Assembly: GCA_000002445.1 (NCBI GenBank)
Contig: CH464491.1
Location: 4,608,001 to 4,672,000, forward strand
Reading direction: 5' to 3'
Source of the DNA: Trypanosoma brucei
Lineage: Eukaryota
DNA: 64,000 nucleotides
The position numbers and the translations under genes were made by a program. Below, piece after piece: positions 1 through 12,806 of this stretch (positions are counted from its first letter, which is position 1; each line of letters begins with the position of its first letter). Below the pieces are notes generated by a model. The model did no database searches and was not told where the DNA came from. It saw only the letters and a list, made by a program, of their open reading frames with translations.

Positions 1-574
1 ACGACAATACAAAAGGAAGGAAATAATACTTTAAACGAACCAGAGAAAAACTAATTTAGCTGAGGAACAAAGAAAATTCTCCAAAATCTCTATTGAAAGC
101 TACATCTTTTATTGGAAAGCAACATGAGCATATAGAGAGACCATCAGTGACGGTAGAGCGATCTTTAAAAATAAAAACCATGCTCCGCACAGGCAGAAGT
201 CGTCAGCAGAAGAAGGCAGCGGCTGGACCAAATTAAAAAACGCTGAAAATCAGACGCTAACATCGTCATTTAATTCCACAGGACTCCAGTCTGGACAACT
301 CAACCCCTAAATACCAGACACTTGGTGGAAATGGTTGAATATTACGGCTGCAAAGTCGTTCCCCATTTGATTTATTTCTCTTAAGTTTTAAAGAACCACC
401 ACATGTGGCAGTGCAGTCTAAATAGCAGCCAAGCACAACCAACAAGCAAGCACCATTTCTTGTAAAGTTTCAGGGAATCTTGGAACCACTTTACGAGAGA
501 GAAAATTCAAACCAAAAAGTCTCTGCAAACCCTGTAAGACGTTTGAGCGACCAAAAAAAATACCTTAGCGACAA

Positions 575-2095
575 ATGGGAAAAATAGTAGGGATTGTCCT
601 AGGGTTACTTGTAATCGTAGATACTCTCCGTAGCGGCCACGCTGCTGGAAAGTACGGCGTCAAAAAAGCCAGTTGGAAGCCGCTATGTGAAGCGACAACA
701 GACCTGAGGAACATTCCGTCAGATGTGGCAGCTAATCTAAAAGACGCAGCAGCAAAAGTTAAAAACATGATCCTTGACTCCACAAGGGCAGCCATATACA
801 GTCAACTTCAAAAAGGCACCAAAGAAGCGGCCCTGGCAATAACTATTTTAGCGTACATGCTGGGAGCAGCTTTACGCGCGGTAAGCCACCTGGAGTCCAC
901 CGACATAATCAACGGCGTGGACCTTGCAGCGAAAGCTGGATACCTAAAAGGACACATAGATGAATTTTTAAATGTCGCTGAGAAAGTGACACGCACAAAC
1001 GAACATTGCCTGCTTGACAAAACAGACGCAACCACGGCAACGTTCGCCAGTAAAACACTAGACGGCGAAGCATGCGACACAACTTTAGCGGACACCACCG
1101 CAACGAGGAGCACTGCGAAGAAGCTAACAGCCAAAGGGCACAAAGGAGCAACGGACCCAGCAAACGACGGCGAAAATCAACACCAGGCTGCAAGCACATA
1201 CAAATGCAGACTATTTTCTAAAAGCAACACCGACGGCCTGGGCAAAAGCGGCGCAGTTAAAGGCGACATAACATGGGCCGCCGGCTACTACACCGTACCA
1301 ACTACAGAAGACAACCCACTAGAAATTCTAGACATGTAGGAAAGTGCTTCCACAACTCGGAACAAAGACACACCATGGCAGAAGCTTTTTACAGCAATAG
1401 CCAAAACGCCCGCAGCCGACCACGGCAATTACGCTAATAACTCAAAGGCAATGGACACAGATACAGAAGCCACCGAACTTCTGTCCAAAATACTAACCAA
1501 CGAAAGAGGCAAGAGCAACCAAGACATCAATAAAATGCGTGATGACATTTTTACAAGTGACCTTGCAAAGGTAGTTGACACCACTTTCACTAATATTAAT
1601 AACGCCAAATTACCAAACAAAATCGCAGGTATTGACAAAGGCAAGGCGGTTGGAGAAATCACAACATCAAGCGATCTCGCAGCGTTGCTAGCAGCTTTGC
1701 TCCGCAAAACAGACACGGAAATAGCGGCACTCAAGAAGAAGCTCGAAACAACAAATGAGCACCCAGACACAGTAACCGAAACCACGTGCAATACAATAAA
1801 AGGTGAGAGCGAGTGCGATAAAACCGCAGCGTGTGGTTATGACACAACAGAAACAGAAAGCAATAAAAAGTGTAAGTTTAATGCTACAAAAGCCACAAAA
1901 AGTGGAGTCACCGCAGGCCAACCTCAAACTGGGAGGACCGAAGCAACAACAGATAAGTGCAAAGGAAAGAAAAAGGAGGAGTGTAAATCACCGGACTGTA
2001 AATTGGAAAGTGAGACTTGGAAAAATTCTATTTTTTTAAGCATTTAAAAATTCACTCTTATGGATGCTGCTTTTGTGAGTTCATTAGAATTTTAG
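575..2095 (+). pseudogene. VSG pseudogene. The N-terminal domain (575-1339) and C-terminal domain (1451-2095) are in the same frame. The frame is interrupted by in-frame stops TAG at 1337 and TAA at 2045, after which the GPI-tail KFTLMDAAFVSSLEF follows in frame.
   Basis: VSG-like N-domain, Cys-rich C-domain (CKSPDCK), hydrophobic tail, degenerate 3'UTR 16-mer near 2163-2180. Frame continuity checked by coordinate arithmetic. Confidence 0.8.
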
Positions 2096-2299
2096 CAATG
2101 TAAGGATTAATTCTCAATTTTATGAAATTTATGATATTTGATATTTTTTAAATTTTGTTGAATATAATATATTTTAACACTTTCTAATGAAAAGTTTTTA
2201 AAAAATATGTGATGTGTATATCATGATGGCTTATGAACGCAAACTGAAAGGGCTAGATGGTGTAATAAATGAGTGCTATTCTAACTTGCATATTTGATG

Positions 2300-2450
2300 T
2301 ATTTTGTGAATAGTTGTTACGGTTATAATAGTAATTGTAGAAGTGATGATAATATTGTGATATTATGACACAAGTGATACGGTAATAGCAATAATATTAA
2401 TCGGAAATTTTTGTGAGTGTGTATATACTAATATTGTAATAAGTGTGATG
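2300..2450 (+). repeat. 70-bp repeat unit(s) upstream of the next VSG cassette.
   Basis: TRR-rich tract followed by TTTTTGTGAGTGTGTATATACTAATATTGTAATAAG core. Confidence 0.7.
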
Positions 2451-3299
2451 GATAAAAACGAATGGACAGGCCAAAATATAAGAACATAATACAATAGCAA
2501 GTGTAAAACGGAAGTAAGTGAAGGAGAGAGGTGTATGAAACATCCGCAGTTCCAAACACAAACATGACGATAGTCATCATCTTGCTCATGGATGTGATGG
2601 AGGAGACAATCACGAAAAGACGGAGTTCAGTGTATAGGCCAAGTGAAGGGGCTGCGTTATCAGAAGTGATGGAACCTGTGTAGGAAGAGGAGGAAAGAAA
2701 ATAGGGGATGAGACAACGGATGCGCGACGACTAAGAACAGAAGAAAATGATATGGGAGCATATTGTGTTGCAGACTTTAATCAGAATTAGGTAAATTCCA
2801 TTTCAGAGATGGTTGTAGCAACAAGATTAGCAGTATTTCGCAAAGCCATTATGATAGAATTCGCATGTTTAAAACGAATGCCTTGGATACCTATAATATG
2901 AATTGGTACAACTCTTAGTATATCTGAACCCAAAAGTGCACGTAGGTACTGAAATTCCCATAAAAATACGAAGAGGAGTATGTGAACACAACAAACAATA
3001 GAATGAAAAATTACATTATGTGTGACTGAATTTCAAATCTAAAGCAAAAAGACTTGTATATGTCCTTACCTTTAACATCGACACACCAAGTATACACCAT
3101 CAAAGAGATAAATCATAACGAAAATTAAAGTGTCACTTATGTAAGAATATTAGTAACGCAATCGACTTCTTTTCTTATGATTTATAAGTTTCCGTTATAA
3201 CGCTTTAAGTTTCTAAAGATAGATTAGGTAACAAAATTTTGTATTTCGATAACCTTACTATTATTGTTTCTATTAGATTTATTCTGTTTGAAAGCAATA

Positions 3300-4250
3300 T
3301 CTCTTTAAAATGTTGAAATGAAAAAACACAACAAATATATAAGAGAGGGTTCCTAAGAATCCTGGAATGTTTGTAGTTGTAGTTCAAAGTCATGCAACTC
3401 AAGGATGGTGCAGACTCATATTGAGTGCCAAACTCAGCCATGTTGAAATTATTACAATTGCGATGGGAGGTTTGGATAGCCGTGTTAAGAGGCATATATG
3501 GATTATGGAATTTTTAGAAAAATAGAATGCAAGTGATGATGATATTGTAATAACTGTTTATGATTCTGATATTATTGTTTCTGATCGTGATCGGTATGAA
3601 AAGGTCGTGGAGTATTTTATACAAAATACTGCAGGGATGGAAGATAAGTTTAGTGAGGAGGATATTTACAAAGAGCATGTAGAGAGAAGTTACTGGTTTT
3701 TCAATGTTGGGCATAGAAAAGAGAAAGATAAGAAATTACCTCATTTACTAAAATCACCACCAAGTGGAAAAACTTATCTTAGAGGTGGATCCTTTAATAG
3801 CCAGAGTCCAAGCATTTAAAAAGCTTGGATATGCATTTTGAGAGTTACTAAAGGGAAGTGATGAGTGGTGGTCGGATCAAAGTACTTACACGCACTTACT
3901 AAAATGGAGTGCAATTCAGGAAGAAGCTTTTGGGCAGAGATTTGTTTTGAGGAGAGGAATGATTGGATTGGATTATGATAAGAGATTTTTTTCTATTCCA
4001 ACTAGTGGAGAGTTTGGAGAAGCCCCATTCATTCATTTTCCCTGTTAATCAATTGAATTGGAAGAAAAAGCGAAATTGATTATGAAAATTTTTTTTGGTA
4101 CAAGGAGTTGGAAGGAAGGGAATTTAGTACGGAAGGTTTGGGGAAAATTAAAACTCATACAATAGATGGCGAGAAATGGGACTTTAAATACGAAAGGTTT
4201 TGCGATGATGGGTTTAAACACGGTGATTTATTGAAGGCGAAGAAACTTTA
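3300..4250 (+). pseudogene. Secreted-protein pseudogene, tentatively ESAG3-like, with frameshifts. Family name not verified.
   Basis: Translation ...VFVVVVQSHATQGW...EIITIAMGGL...EYFIQNTAGMEDKFSEEDIYKEH...FFNVGHRKEKDKKLPHLLKSPP. Paralogous to minus-strand copies at 14250-15294 and 20150-21000. Sits between a 70-bp repeat and a VSG. Confidence 0.45.
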
Positions 4251-4609
4251 AGGGTCCTTTGTCAACTGTTGGTAGAAATGCCAAACTTCACAAGAAAATT
4301 AAACATCCGACCAAGCAGCCAGATCAGCAGATGCGGAGCGTCTCTACGGTCCCGTAAGCAAGCAGAACGGATAGCGGATGCAAATATGCCGCACGGTGGT
4401 ACAGATACGCACTCTGCGGCCTTTTTTTGACATAAAAAATAAGTTATATGAGCCTCCTAACAACTGTTTTTATCACAAGCTAATGTTTCTCGGGACGATG
4501 GGGAAGCAGAAATGCTCATGCAAACATAATGAAATGATGAGGTACATTTTTATAAATATTTTACTGTGCGCTATAAGAACTAGATATTACCAACACGGGT
4601 GTCACAGGC

Positions 4610-6100
4610 ATGCAGCATCGGACATCACTACTGGTGCTAGCCGTAGTACTTGCGGCAGCAGTACCTGCGCACACCACAAACCCAGTGGCTGGTGACAGTC
4701 AACAAGCGTTCCTAAGCTTGTGTCAAACCTGGGCGGCGGCCAAAACGGCCCTAGCGGCGCCAATAGAGGCACTTGCAGAACCAAGCAAGTTTCAAGGCAT
4801 AGTTAACTACAACATGACTGTTTCAGAAGACGCTTTCCGGCAAAAGGTAAAAGAGATTGTCGACGCAGGCGGCTGGGAAAAGTACGTCGTCAGCAAAGAA
4901 AAAACTCATGGAAAGCTAGGTTTGGAGACAAAATGGACAAAATGGCAAACTGCACACCAGGCCACACACAAACCAGGCCAAGGTTGGCTGAAGGACAAAC
5001 AAACGATCTCAAGCGAGCACCAACACGCTCTAAAATCTGTCGATCTGAATAAGACAGCGACAAAAGCAGGAAACTGCTATCACTAGCAACGGCCAAACCG
5101 AAAGTCTTTGAAGGCGGTGATCTGCAAGCGGAGTTGCATGGAGCAGCGCAGAAAGCAATGTGCGACTCGGGGACCTACGCCTGGGATGAAAAAGCAAGCA
5201 AATGCAAGGATGTCACGAGCACGCCAACCAAAGCGGCTACCTGCACAAACAGCGCCGTGGGCAAGGCACTCGGCCTAGACATGGTTTGCCTGTGCGCGGC
5301 GGCCACCGAAGCGTGCGGAGGCAGCTAAACGTACAAAGTTATCAGCACGAGCAATCTGCAAACCGACGCGATAACGGCGCTAACAGCTGAATGCCCTGAT
5401 GCCGCCAAAGCAGGGCCGGTCGATGAGCAGATCAACAATGCCCTAAATGCGGTACGGACCAACGTAGGTTTGACAGTGCTAAATGTTCTGGAACCCATCA
5501 TAGGACACCGAAATGAAGCGGCAACAGACTGCCAAGCATCGGACAGCGCAGCATGTGTAGACTATAGCAATTACTACAAGAAACAAACCGGCGGCTTCGA
5601 GACAATACCGTGGGTACACCAGCTACGGCAAGCGGCCCAACTACAGATCGTACACTGAACAGAAACTGAAAGCAGAACAACACATGGCGACCCTCAAGCA
5701 ACTTGCCCTAAAAGTCGAACTCGAATACGGCGCTAAAAACGTAATGACCAGCTTAACAACGCAACAAAAAACGGCCGGGCCACAGAAACCGGCAGAACAG
5801 GTGAAAGCCGGGTGTAGCACAAAGAATCAAACCGCAGAGCAGTGTTCACCTGATCACTGCGACTACGAAAGCGACAAAAGAGAATGCAAACCTAAACCAG
5901 GAACAGAAACAACAGCAGCAGGAGCAAGAGATGGAGCTGCAGCAGCAACAAACTCTGAAGGCAAAAAGTGCTCCGATAAGAAAAAACAAGAAGACTGCAA
6001 ATCTCCGGATTGTAAATGGGAGGGCGAAACTTGCAAAGATTCCAGTTTTCTCGAAAAAAGAATTTGGCTTTCAGTATGGCTGCTGCTTTTGTGAGTTTTG
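4610..6100 (+). pseudogene. VSG pseudogene with multiple frameshifts. Signal peptide and N-domain at 4610-5086. C-domain at 5684-6094 ending CKDSSFLEKR.
   Basis: ORF pieces in frames 2/1/1/2. Signal peptide MQHRTSLLVLAVVLAAA. C-terminal CKSPDCKWEGETCKDSSFL motif. Confidence 0.8.
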
Positions 6101-6354
6101 TGGTATTTTATATTTCTAAGAATTTTTGCTCAGTTTTATAAAATTTGTGAAATAAAGATATTTTGAGTGGATTTTCTAAAGGTTCAAAATTTTTATATAT
6201 CTTGACGTTTTTGTAAAACCTTTACGAAATGTATATTGTTTTTAAATATGCATGATAGAGTACTATGGGTGCGAATAAAGAAGGTGGTATGTTATGAAAG
6301 GGGAATGATTTTATGGAACTTTTTACTATTTCGTTGCATTTTCCTTTTTCATGA

Positions 6355-6445
6355 AGAATAATAATGATGATGATGATGATAATAATAATAGGAGAGTGTT
6401 GTGAGTGTGTGTATATACTTATATTATATTAAAAGTTGTGACTAA
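6355..6445 (+). repeat. 70-bp repeat.
   Basis: ATAATGATGATGATGATGATAATAATAATAGGAGAGTGTTGTGAGTGTGTGTATATAC. Confidence 0.85.
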
Positions 6446-7894
6446 ATAATTGATGGAAAAAATACGAACGGTCGCAAAAACGCCAAGGGTGTAACGAAAG
6501 CAAGTAAGTTGGCGGCACAGTGAATGAACGGTTGAGTACGAGAACTTTATTTTTAAAGCAAACATAGAGAGACGGAGAATAATGGAGATATGACAAGCGG
6601 TGTATCAACCAACAATATGAATGCGGCTAACATCACGAAAAGAAAGAAAGGGTGTCAAAATACAGTGTCCAAGATAATGGAGTCGCCAGAAATTAGGCAA
6701 ATAAGCACCGAAAGTGGCAGCCGACTAAGCGCACAATTGCTAATATAATATGAACAGCGATTATAGTAATGCTTTATTTCCGCACAATGCACTATTATGG
6801 ATACACCACGACACAACGTGAAGACTTTAGCTGGAATAAGACGTACAAATAGACTGAAGATAAAAATCACCAAAATTTAAAACTTCAAAGAAATAAGCAA
6901 CAAACAAGAAGCTGATGATTTTACCCATTATTTCTGAAAGTCTGAACTTAGCCCCTTGTTTGAAAGCAAGAATAATGCCAAAGCAGCACAAATACACTAA
7001 ATAAAAAGCACAAAATACGTTAATTCATCACAGGATAGTGTAAAAAATAAGCTTTTTTACCTTCCCTACACGAAAACAAATTGACAAAGGTACTAAATAG
7101 AAGAAAATGTTCTGTAGTTTTTTGATCATGAAACACGTATAGATGTAGAAGTGCAACATAAATTTCTGATTTAGTAGTTGTTATGCAGAATATAGTTCAA
7201 TAGTGCAATTATATCCATCTCAAAGGCTGAACAGTGGTAAGTAGAAGTATTTTTAATCATTGTTTTATTCTTTATATCCTTCTGCACTGTTAAGTTAAAT
7301 AAAGAGCAATAATATTAAAGGAAACACAGAAATGGCAGAGGCGGAAGAAAGAAAAGTATTTGAGTTACAGATTGAAGGATTATATAGAGAAACAGAAGCT
7401 GCACTGACTCTTTCTCAACGCTAAGAAGTTCTATGCACAAACAGATTAAGGAACGACATGGAATATGAAGCTCGATTACCTGCGAAGGTGGGCGTACACA
7501 TTTAAAAGGAAAGTAAGATTTAACGCTTCAGAGGACCATATAAACTCCAAATTATGCCCATCATTTCTATCGAAAATGGATAGATTATGTTGAGGAAATG
7601 AAGATATTGACTGTGGATTTTAATCTGATGGCGGATCCGACTGTTAAACAGTATATCCTAGTGAACAGAGTTCACGCAATGAATGAGCATTTTCTTTTTA
7701 CTTTAGGAGGGGACTGGTAACGCTAGAGAGGAGATTTTTATTGATTGACATATGGAATAGCTAAAAATAGTGTTCGTAAAAAAGTAACATAAAGACGTCA
7801 ATAGACGAGAACCAACTGAAACGTGGAAGCCACATATTGCAAAATACCTGAAAAACTGATTTTGTTAAAAAAAGTAGGGAAAGTAAGTTAGTAA

Positions 7895-9300
7895 ATGTTG
7901 TTTTCAACCGCAGGCTTAGCTGCGGCGGTTATAGCAGGATTCACGGCGCAAAATGCAGACAATACTGCTCTAAACGCCGTCAAAAACATTTGCCATGAAT
8001 CGCACCAAAACGAAGTAATCCGGCGTTCGCTGAAGCGGCGTATTGACGACCCTAACACGGCCCTGAGCAAGCCCACCAACAAAGTGACAGCACCAACGCT
8101 AGCTTTCGGCAAAAATGTAAACACCAAGAAAGGACGAGTATATAGGGTGCTTCTTGCAGTAGCATGGAATAGGTTAAACCTGCAACGGTCCGTGCTCGCA
8201 ACAAATCGCCAACCGAACCTCGACGCAATTGCAGAAATAGACAGACGCTCGGCGCAAATAAAGCAGTTGCGGAGGACAGCCTGAGGTACAAAAGAAACCG
8301 ACACAGTAACCACGTGCAGCACCGCGTCCAACATAATAAGAACCAAATCCAGCCCGTCGCACATAACGACCAAATTTACCCCAACACCACCAAGCGGCAA
8401 CAAGTGCCCAGAGGACACAGCAGCGGAAAGCGACATAGACAAACTGGACAGCGCCATGGGAACGCTTAAGCAGCTAAAACTAACTTCAGATCCTCTCCTG
8501 ACAACAGCCGACATAACCGGAACAGCGGCAGCAGCCGGAACCTTGACTCACACCTGGAATAACAACACCGCCAACACAGTTTGAAGCGCAAGCAACAGCG
8601 ACACGCCAGCCACCGAAACAAACATAACAACCATCCACAGCATAGAGAGAAGCAAAAAAACAACATCGCCATAAGAGACCGCGAAAACAACCGGCGGCAG
8701 CGACGAGTGTTCTGAGCCAGGGACAGACACTGAACCATTAATAGTAACCGCCAAAATGTTTGGATACATCATTTGCAAAGCCCGGCAAGCGATGATAAAC
8801 ATTCAAAAGACGCTAAGCAACACACCTTCAGACAGCCTCCGACAGGACAATGCGCTAATACAGACAGCGCTGATCGTGACGAATGGATAAGCCAAAGGAG
8901 ACGAAGACACACAAAAAAGACAGCCGCAGTGGACGCGGTATTCGGCGATAAATCAATAGACATAAGAAAAATCTATCTACAAATACCAGACAGTACAACA
9001 GCAGCGCAAAAACGGGAAAATATCATTTGACAGCAAATATAGGCGCTGTTGCCAAACAATCTCAGAGCTTATCAGCTCTATCCTCGGAGTTGCAGCCACA
9101 ACGCAAACAGACTTGACAGCGACGCAGAAGCCAACCGACAAGTTCAATCCAACGGTAGATGAACAATGCAAAGGTAAACCACAGGTGGATTACAACGATG
9201 AAAATGGCTACATGTTCAAAGAAAAAAGTGTGTAGCTAAAGTGATCACAACAGCAGGAAAAACTACAAACACCACATCACGCAATTCTGTTGTAATAAGG
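7895..9300 (+). pseudogene. Highly degenerate VSG pseudogene.
   Basis: VSG-like N-terminus MLFSTAGLAAAVIAG. Residual hydrophobic tail ...VVIRLIFLAFFASMINF near 9240-9300. Perfect 3'UTR 16-mer at 9399-9414. Many frameshifts. Confidence 0.6.
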
Positions 9301-9398
9301 CTCATTTTTCTGGCATTTTTTGCTTCTATGATTAATTTTTAAGGATTTTTTGATAAATTTTATGAAAATTATGAGAGTTGAGAGAACATGCTCAATTT

Positions 9399-9414
9399 TG
9401 ATATATTTTAACAC
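9399..9414 (+). promoter_or_regulatory. VSG 3'UTR conserved 16-mer TGATATATTTTAACAC.
   Basis: Exact match read in sequence. Confidence 0.8.
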
Positions 9415-9559
9415 TTTATAAAACTATATGAAAGTGTGAAAATTATGAAAATATGAAATATTATTGAAGATAGTGAACAAGGGGTGTCAATTAGTAGAGT
9501 GATATGGTATGAAAAATCATTACTATTTAAAATATGTGTTATTTCGTTTATTTTTTATA

Positions 9560-9640
9560 TTAGTTATGTTTATAATAGTTATAGTAAGTATGATGGGAGA
9601 GTGTTGTGAGTGTGTACCATTATTGTGAACATACTTCTGT
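9560..9640 (+). repeat. 70-bp repeat.
   Basis: GATGGGAGAGTGTTGTGAGTGTGTACCATTATTGTG core preceded by an AT/TRR-rich tract. Confidence 0.7.
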
Positions 9641-10655
9641 GCCACATGTCATAGAAAGAGAACCGCAGTCTTATAGTACAGTCGTAGAGGCTGAGAATTG
9701 TTTCATCACCTGATAGACAACATAAGATAGAATTAGCTCAAACGGAGATGCGACGTTCTCACCTTATCATCCCCCTACATGGATACAGCAGCTAATATTT
9801 GCATGTATAATAAACTTTACTGTCATTCCGGTGAGTGATAACAGCTCTCTAAAGTCAGCAGAGGTGGGGGATATTATTCTTTTGCTCTTTTAGATTTTTA
9901 TATCGCCACCACAGGAGTGCTTCAGCAAGATAGCAGATATAGAATATGCAAAACAAAATCAAGAAGCTGTTGGAAAATACACACAATAAAAAAGTGAATA
10001 CCAACGAACCCAAACTCCAACACTCTAAAATATAGTTTCATAGTGAATATAAAGCTAAAAATTTTATGAAGCGGACCAACGTCGAGATTAGCTGCAGCAA
10101 TAGTGCATGAAATTTAAATGAGAAGCCTAACGGAAATGCAGCTAAGGGAAAAAGGGCTTCGATTTAACCACCAGCGGCTCAAGGAAGCAATAACGTAAAT
10201 TGAAAAATTGGTATTGGGGGTACTGACCACTTGGGAGGATATTTCAATAGGTATATGATCGGAAGGTGTAGGAAATAGAGGTTATTTGACATAAAGAGAA
10301 TAGAAAGAATCTAGGATATATAACGAAATTGCAAAAGAGTTTTTTTGTGGTACTTTTGGTAATAATAAAGAATATCAACAGAGCCTTCATTAGCAGCAAG
10401 CCAACTTCACGGACCAAGCGACCAGGGAGGTGCTCAAGATGGCAAACACGGCAGGGACGCCGGTTGTAGCGCCACTTTCTCCCTTGCAAACACGGTAAAC
10501 ACTCTAAATACAGGAGACGAACAATAGCAAAGCTAGAATGACTGCAGAGACACCCATAACACAAATTTCAAGCTTTGTTCTGGCTACTATTCCAAAGGCT
10601 AAGACTAGATATATCACAAACAGAAACTTTCAGGGAAGTGCAACAACAAAACAAA

Positions 10656-12086
10656 ATGGAGCTAACAAAAATTGTGGAAGCGCTAGCTGTACTGCTAATA
10701 ATTGAAAGCAGCCGCGCTTCGGTCCACAGAACGGATTCAACAGCAGCCAACGCCTGCCAAGCGGCAGACGACTTTGCGGCCATAACTCGAGCAATCAACA
10801 GGCAGGTCGCGGAGCTTCAAAACAAAATTGACGAGGGACATAGGACGCTACTAAAACTCACTGTAGCAGCAGTCGCTCAATCCAGCAGGAAAGAACCAGC
10901 AGCAGCACTACTGCTAGCAGAAAGCGGCTCGAGGCTGCAAGCCGCGACCATGCAACTAAGTAACATCAAAGACCGAGCAGCAACGATCGCAAACAATATA
11001 GCCAAGCTCGGAGGACTGCAAGAAGCGGTGGCCGAATTGCTCAACGCCAAAATTCCAGCAAAGGCACCTGCTGCAGTAGCTGCTGGCGCCGCATTCGGGG
11101 TGGACGGCTTTGCAATCCAGTTAGCAGGTGTCGGCGGCAAACAATCAATTTGCAACGAGCATGAGAAACAGGCCCCCAGGAACAAGGAGGCTAAAGTCAA
11201 AGTGAAGAATGCCTACCCAATAACTTTTTACCATGCTACTAAAGCCGACAAAACTTCAGGAACGAACGGCAACGGGCCAAGGGCGTGCGTCCGGGCCGAC
11301 ACGCTCACTACTGCCTGCGCGACCTCAAGCAGCGACCAAACGAACTTCCTAATAACAGGTGGGCCGGTTACGAAGGCAGTACAGACACAATACACCGCTA
11401 CCCAAGAAGCCGCAACAAAGTACACTGCGCAAGCGAAGCAAACAACAGAGCAGTTTCCACCGCAGAACACAGTCGAAGCGCTTCTCAACGGTCTAATCGA
11501 ACTAGAAGCAGACCTAAACAAACTGAACTTTCAAACGTCATCGCTTCTGCCGACGGAAACAATAAATGGTGAAGAAACGAAGCAGGCACTTTTACAAATT
11601 TTAAAACCGGGTATGGCGCGGGAAAAAGTGTCAGACCACGAAAAGCAGATAGAAGAGCTTAAAAAGAAGCTATTAAAGTCAGACAAAACGGATGCAGGCA
11701 CCAAATTATGGCAAGAGATCGGCAAAACAACTTCGCCTGCAGTAGTAGCACAAAGCACCAAAGCCGAAGAAATAAGTGGCATAGAAGATCTTGGAAAATT
11801 AGCTGCGACACTGGGTCATTATCTTGTACAGGAGACTACGAAACCATCTTCAAAAGAACAATGCAATTTCAACAAAGAGGAAACAGGCTGCGATGGTAAA
11901 GAACAGGATAAATGCAACGGAAAATGCGAATGGAAAGAAATAAATGGAAAAGGTGAGTGCAAATCCAAAACTGGAGAAGAGGGTGTGAAAGCAGAGAATG
12001 AAGGAAAAACAACCACAAACACCACAGGGAGAAATTCATTTGCCATTAAGAAGACCCCTCTTTTGCTTGCATTTTTGCTTTCCTAA
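10656..12086 (+). CDS. Apparently intact VSG. The longest ORF starts at 10575; the likely true start is the signal peptide MELTKIVEALAVLLIIESSRA at 10656.
   Basis: Uninterrupted 476-503 aa ORF. Cys-rich C-domain (CNGKCEWKEINGKGECK). GPI tail KKTPLLLAFLLS. 3'UTR 16-mer with one mismatch at 12138-12153. Confidence 0.85.
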   Translation: MELTKIVEALAVLLIIESSRASVHRTDSTAANACQAADDFAAITRAINRQVAELQNKIDEGHRTLLKLTVAAVAQSSRKEPAAALLLAESGSRLQAATMQLSNIKDRAATIANNIAKLGGLQEAVAELLNAKIPAKAPAAVAAGAAFGVDGFAIQLAGVGGKQSICNEHEKQAPRNKEAKVKVKNAYPITFYHATKADKTSGTNGNGPRACVRADTLTTACATSSSDQTNFLITGGPVTKAVQTQYTATQEAATKYTAQAKQTTEQFPPQNTVEALLNGLIELEADLNKLNFQTSSLLPTETINGEETKQALLQILKPGMAREKVSDHEKQIEELKKKLLKSDKTDAGTKLWQEIGKTTSPAVVAQSTKAEEISGIEDLGKLAATLGHYLVQETTKPSSKEQCNFNKEETGCDGKEQDKCNGKCEWKEINGKGECKSKTGEEGVKAENEGKTTTNTTGRNSFAIKKTPLLLAFLLS

Positions 12087-12137
12087 AAGAAATTCCCCCC
12101 TCAATTTTTAAATTTTCCTTGCTAAAATTTTGCTATT

Positions 12138-12153
12138 TGATATATTTCAACAC
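12138..12153 (+). promoter_or_regulatory. VSG 3'UTR 16-mer with one mismatch (TGATATATTTCAACAC).
   Basis: Read in sequence. Confidence 0.7.
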
Positions 12154-12297
12154 GTGAGTTCCACCATTTTTTAACTGTATGTCTGTGCATATATAATTTT
12201 TTTGACAACTAAAAAATATTTCTTTTTCCTTTTTGTTGTTAAATTTTTAGGGTTAAAGTTTTTAAAAATTTTTGGTGTTGCTACTAAAAGTTTTCTT

Positions 12298-12806
12298 CCC
12301 CTGGCGATGCCGGCCACCTCAACGTGGTTCCAGGGTCCAGTACCCCGTATCATCGGGGGAAGCCAAGATTCAGAAGCGTTCCTTTCATGGGGAACACTGC
12401 TTTGCTCCGGCTACGGCATCATACAGCACAGGGATCAGCAGTGTCTTGCTGGGACACCGTTTTTCATTTGTCGGTCCCTGGGCACGCGCCAGCGTACCAT
12501 CAGCAGTATCATCCGCACTAAGATGCTGCTGTCCGGTGATGTGGAACTCCAAAAAAGGATTGCTAATTGACATCTTTTAGAGAGTCCGGGGTGGGGGGCT
12601 TCTCGCCCCATCTGCTGTATTTCGTTCAACTGCGGAGCTACAACAAAGCGTTATAGAGGGTGTGTTAGGATGCATAAAAAAGGGGAGACTCTACCACAGT
12701 CGCCAGACCAATAGCATCTCAGGGCTCTACGGTGATGGCTGATGGCCGAGCCGGTGGGGGGAAACTCCCACGAAGGCACGAAAAAAATTTTCAAAAAAAA
12801 AAATAT
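12298..12806 (+). mobile_element. RIME (non-autonomous ingi derivative, about 0.5 kb) with a 3' poly(A).
   Basis: Begins CCCTGGCGATGCCGGCCACCTCAACGTGGTTCCAGGGTCCAGTACCCCG. Ends ...GGGGGGAAACTCCCACGAAGGCACGAAAAAAATTTTCAAAAAAAAAAA. Both ends match the termini of the two ingi copies in this window. Confidence 0.9.

Noticed and set aside
7888-8514. Large antisense or overlapping ORFs inside VSG loci (for example 7888-8514 on -, 47371-47934 on -, 808-1143 on -, 40685-41287 on -, 19102-19419 on +).
   Set aside because: They lie opposite or within recognisable VSG reading frames. They are the usual spurious ORFs of compositionally biased sequence with no independent support.
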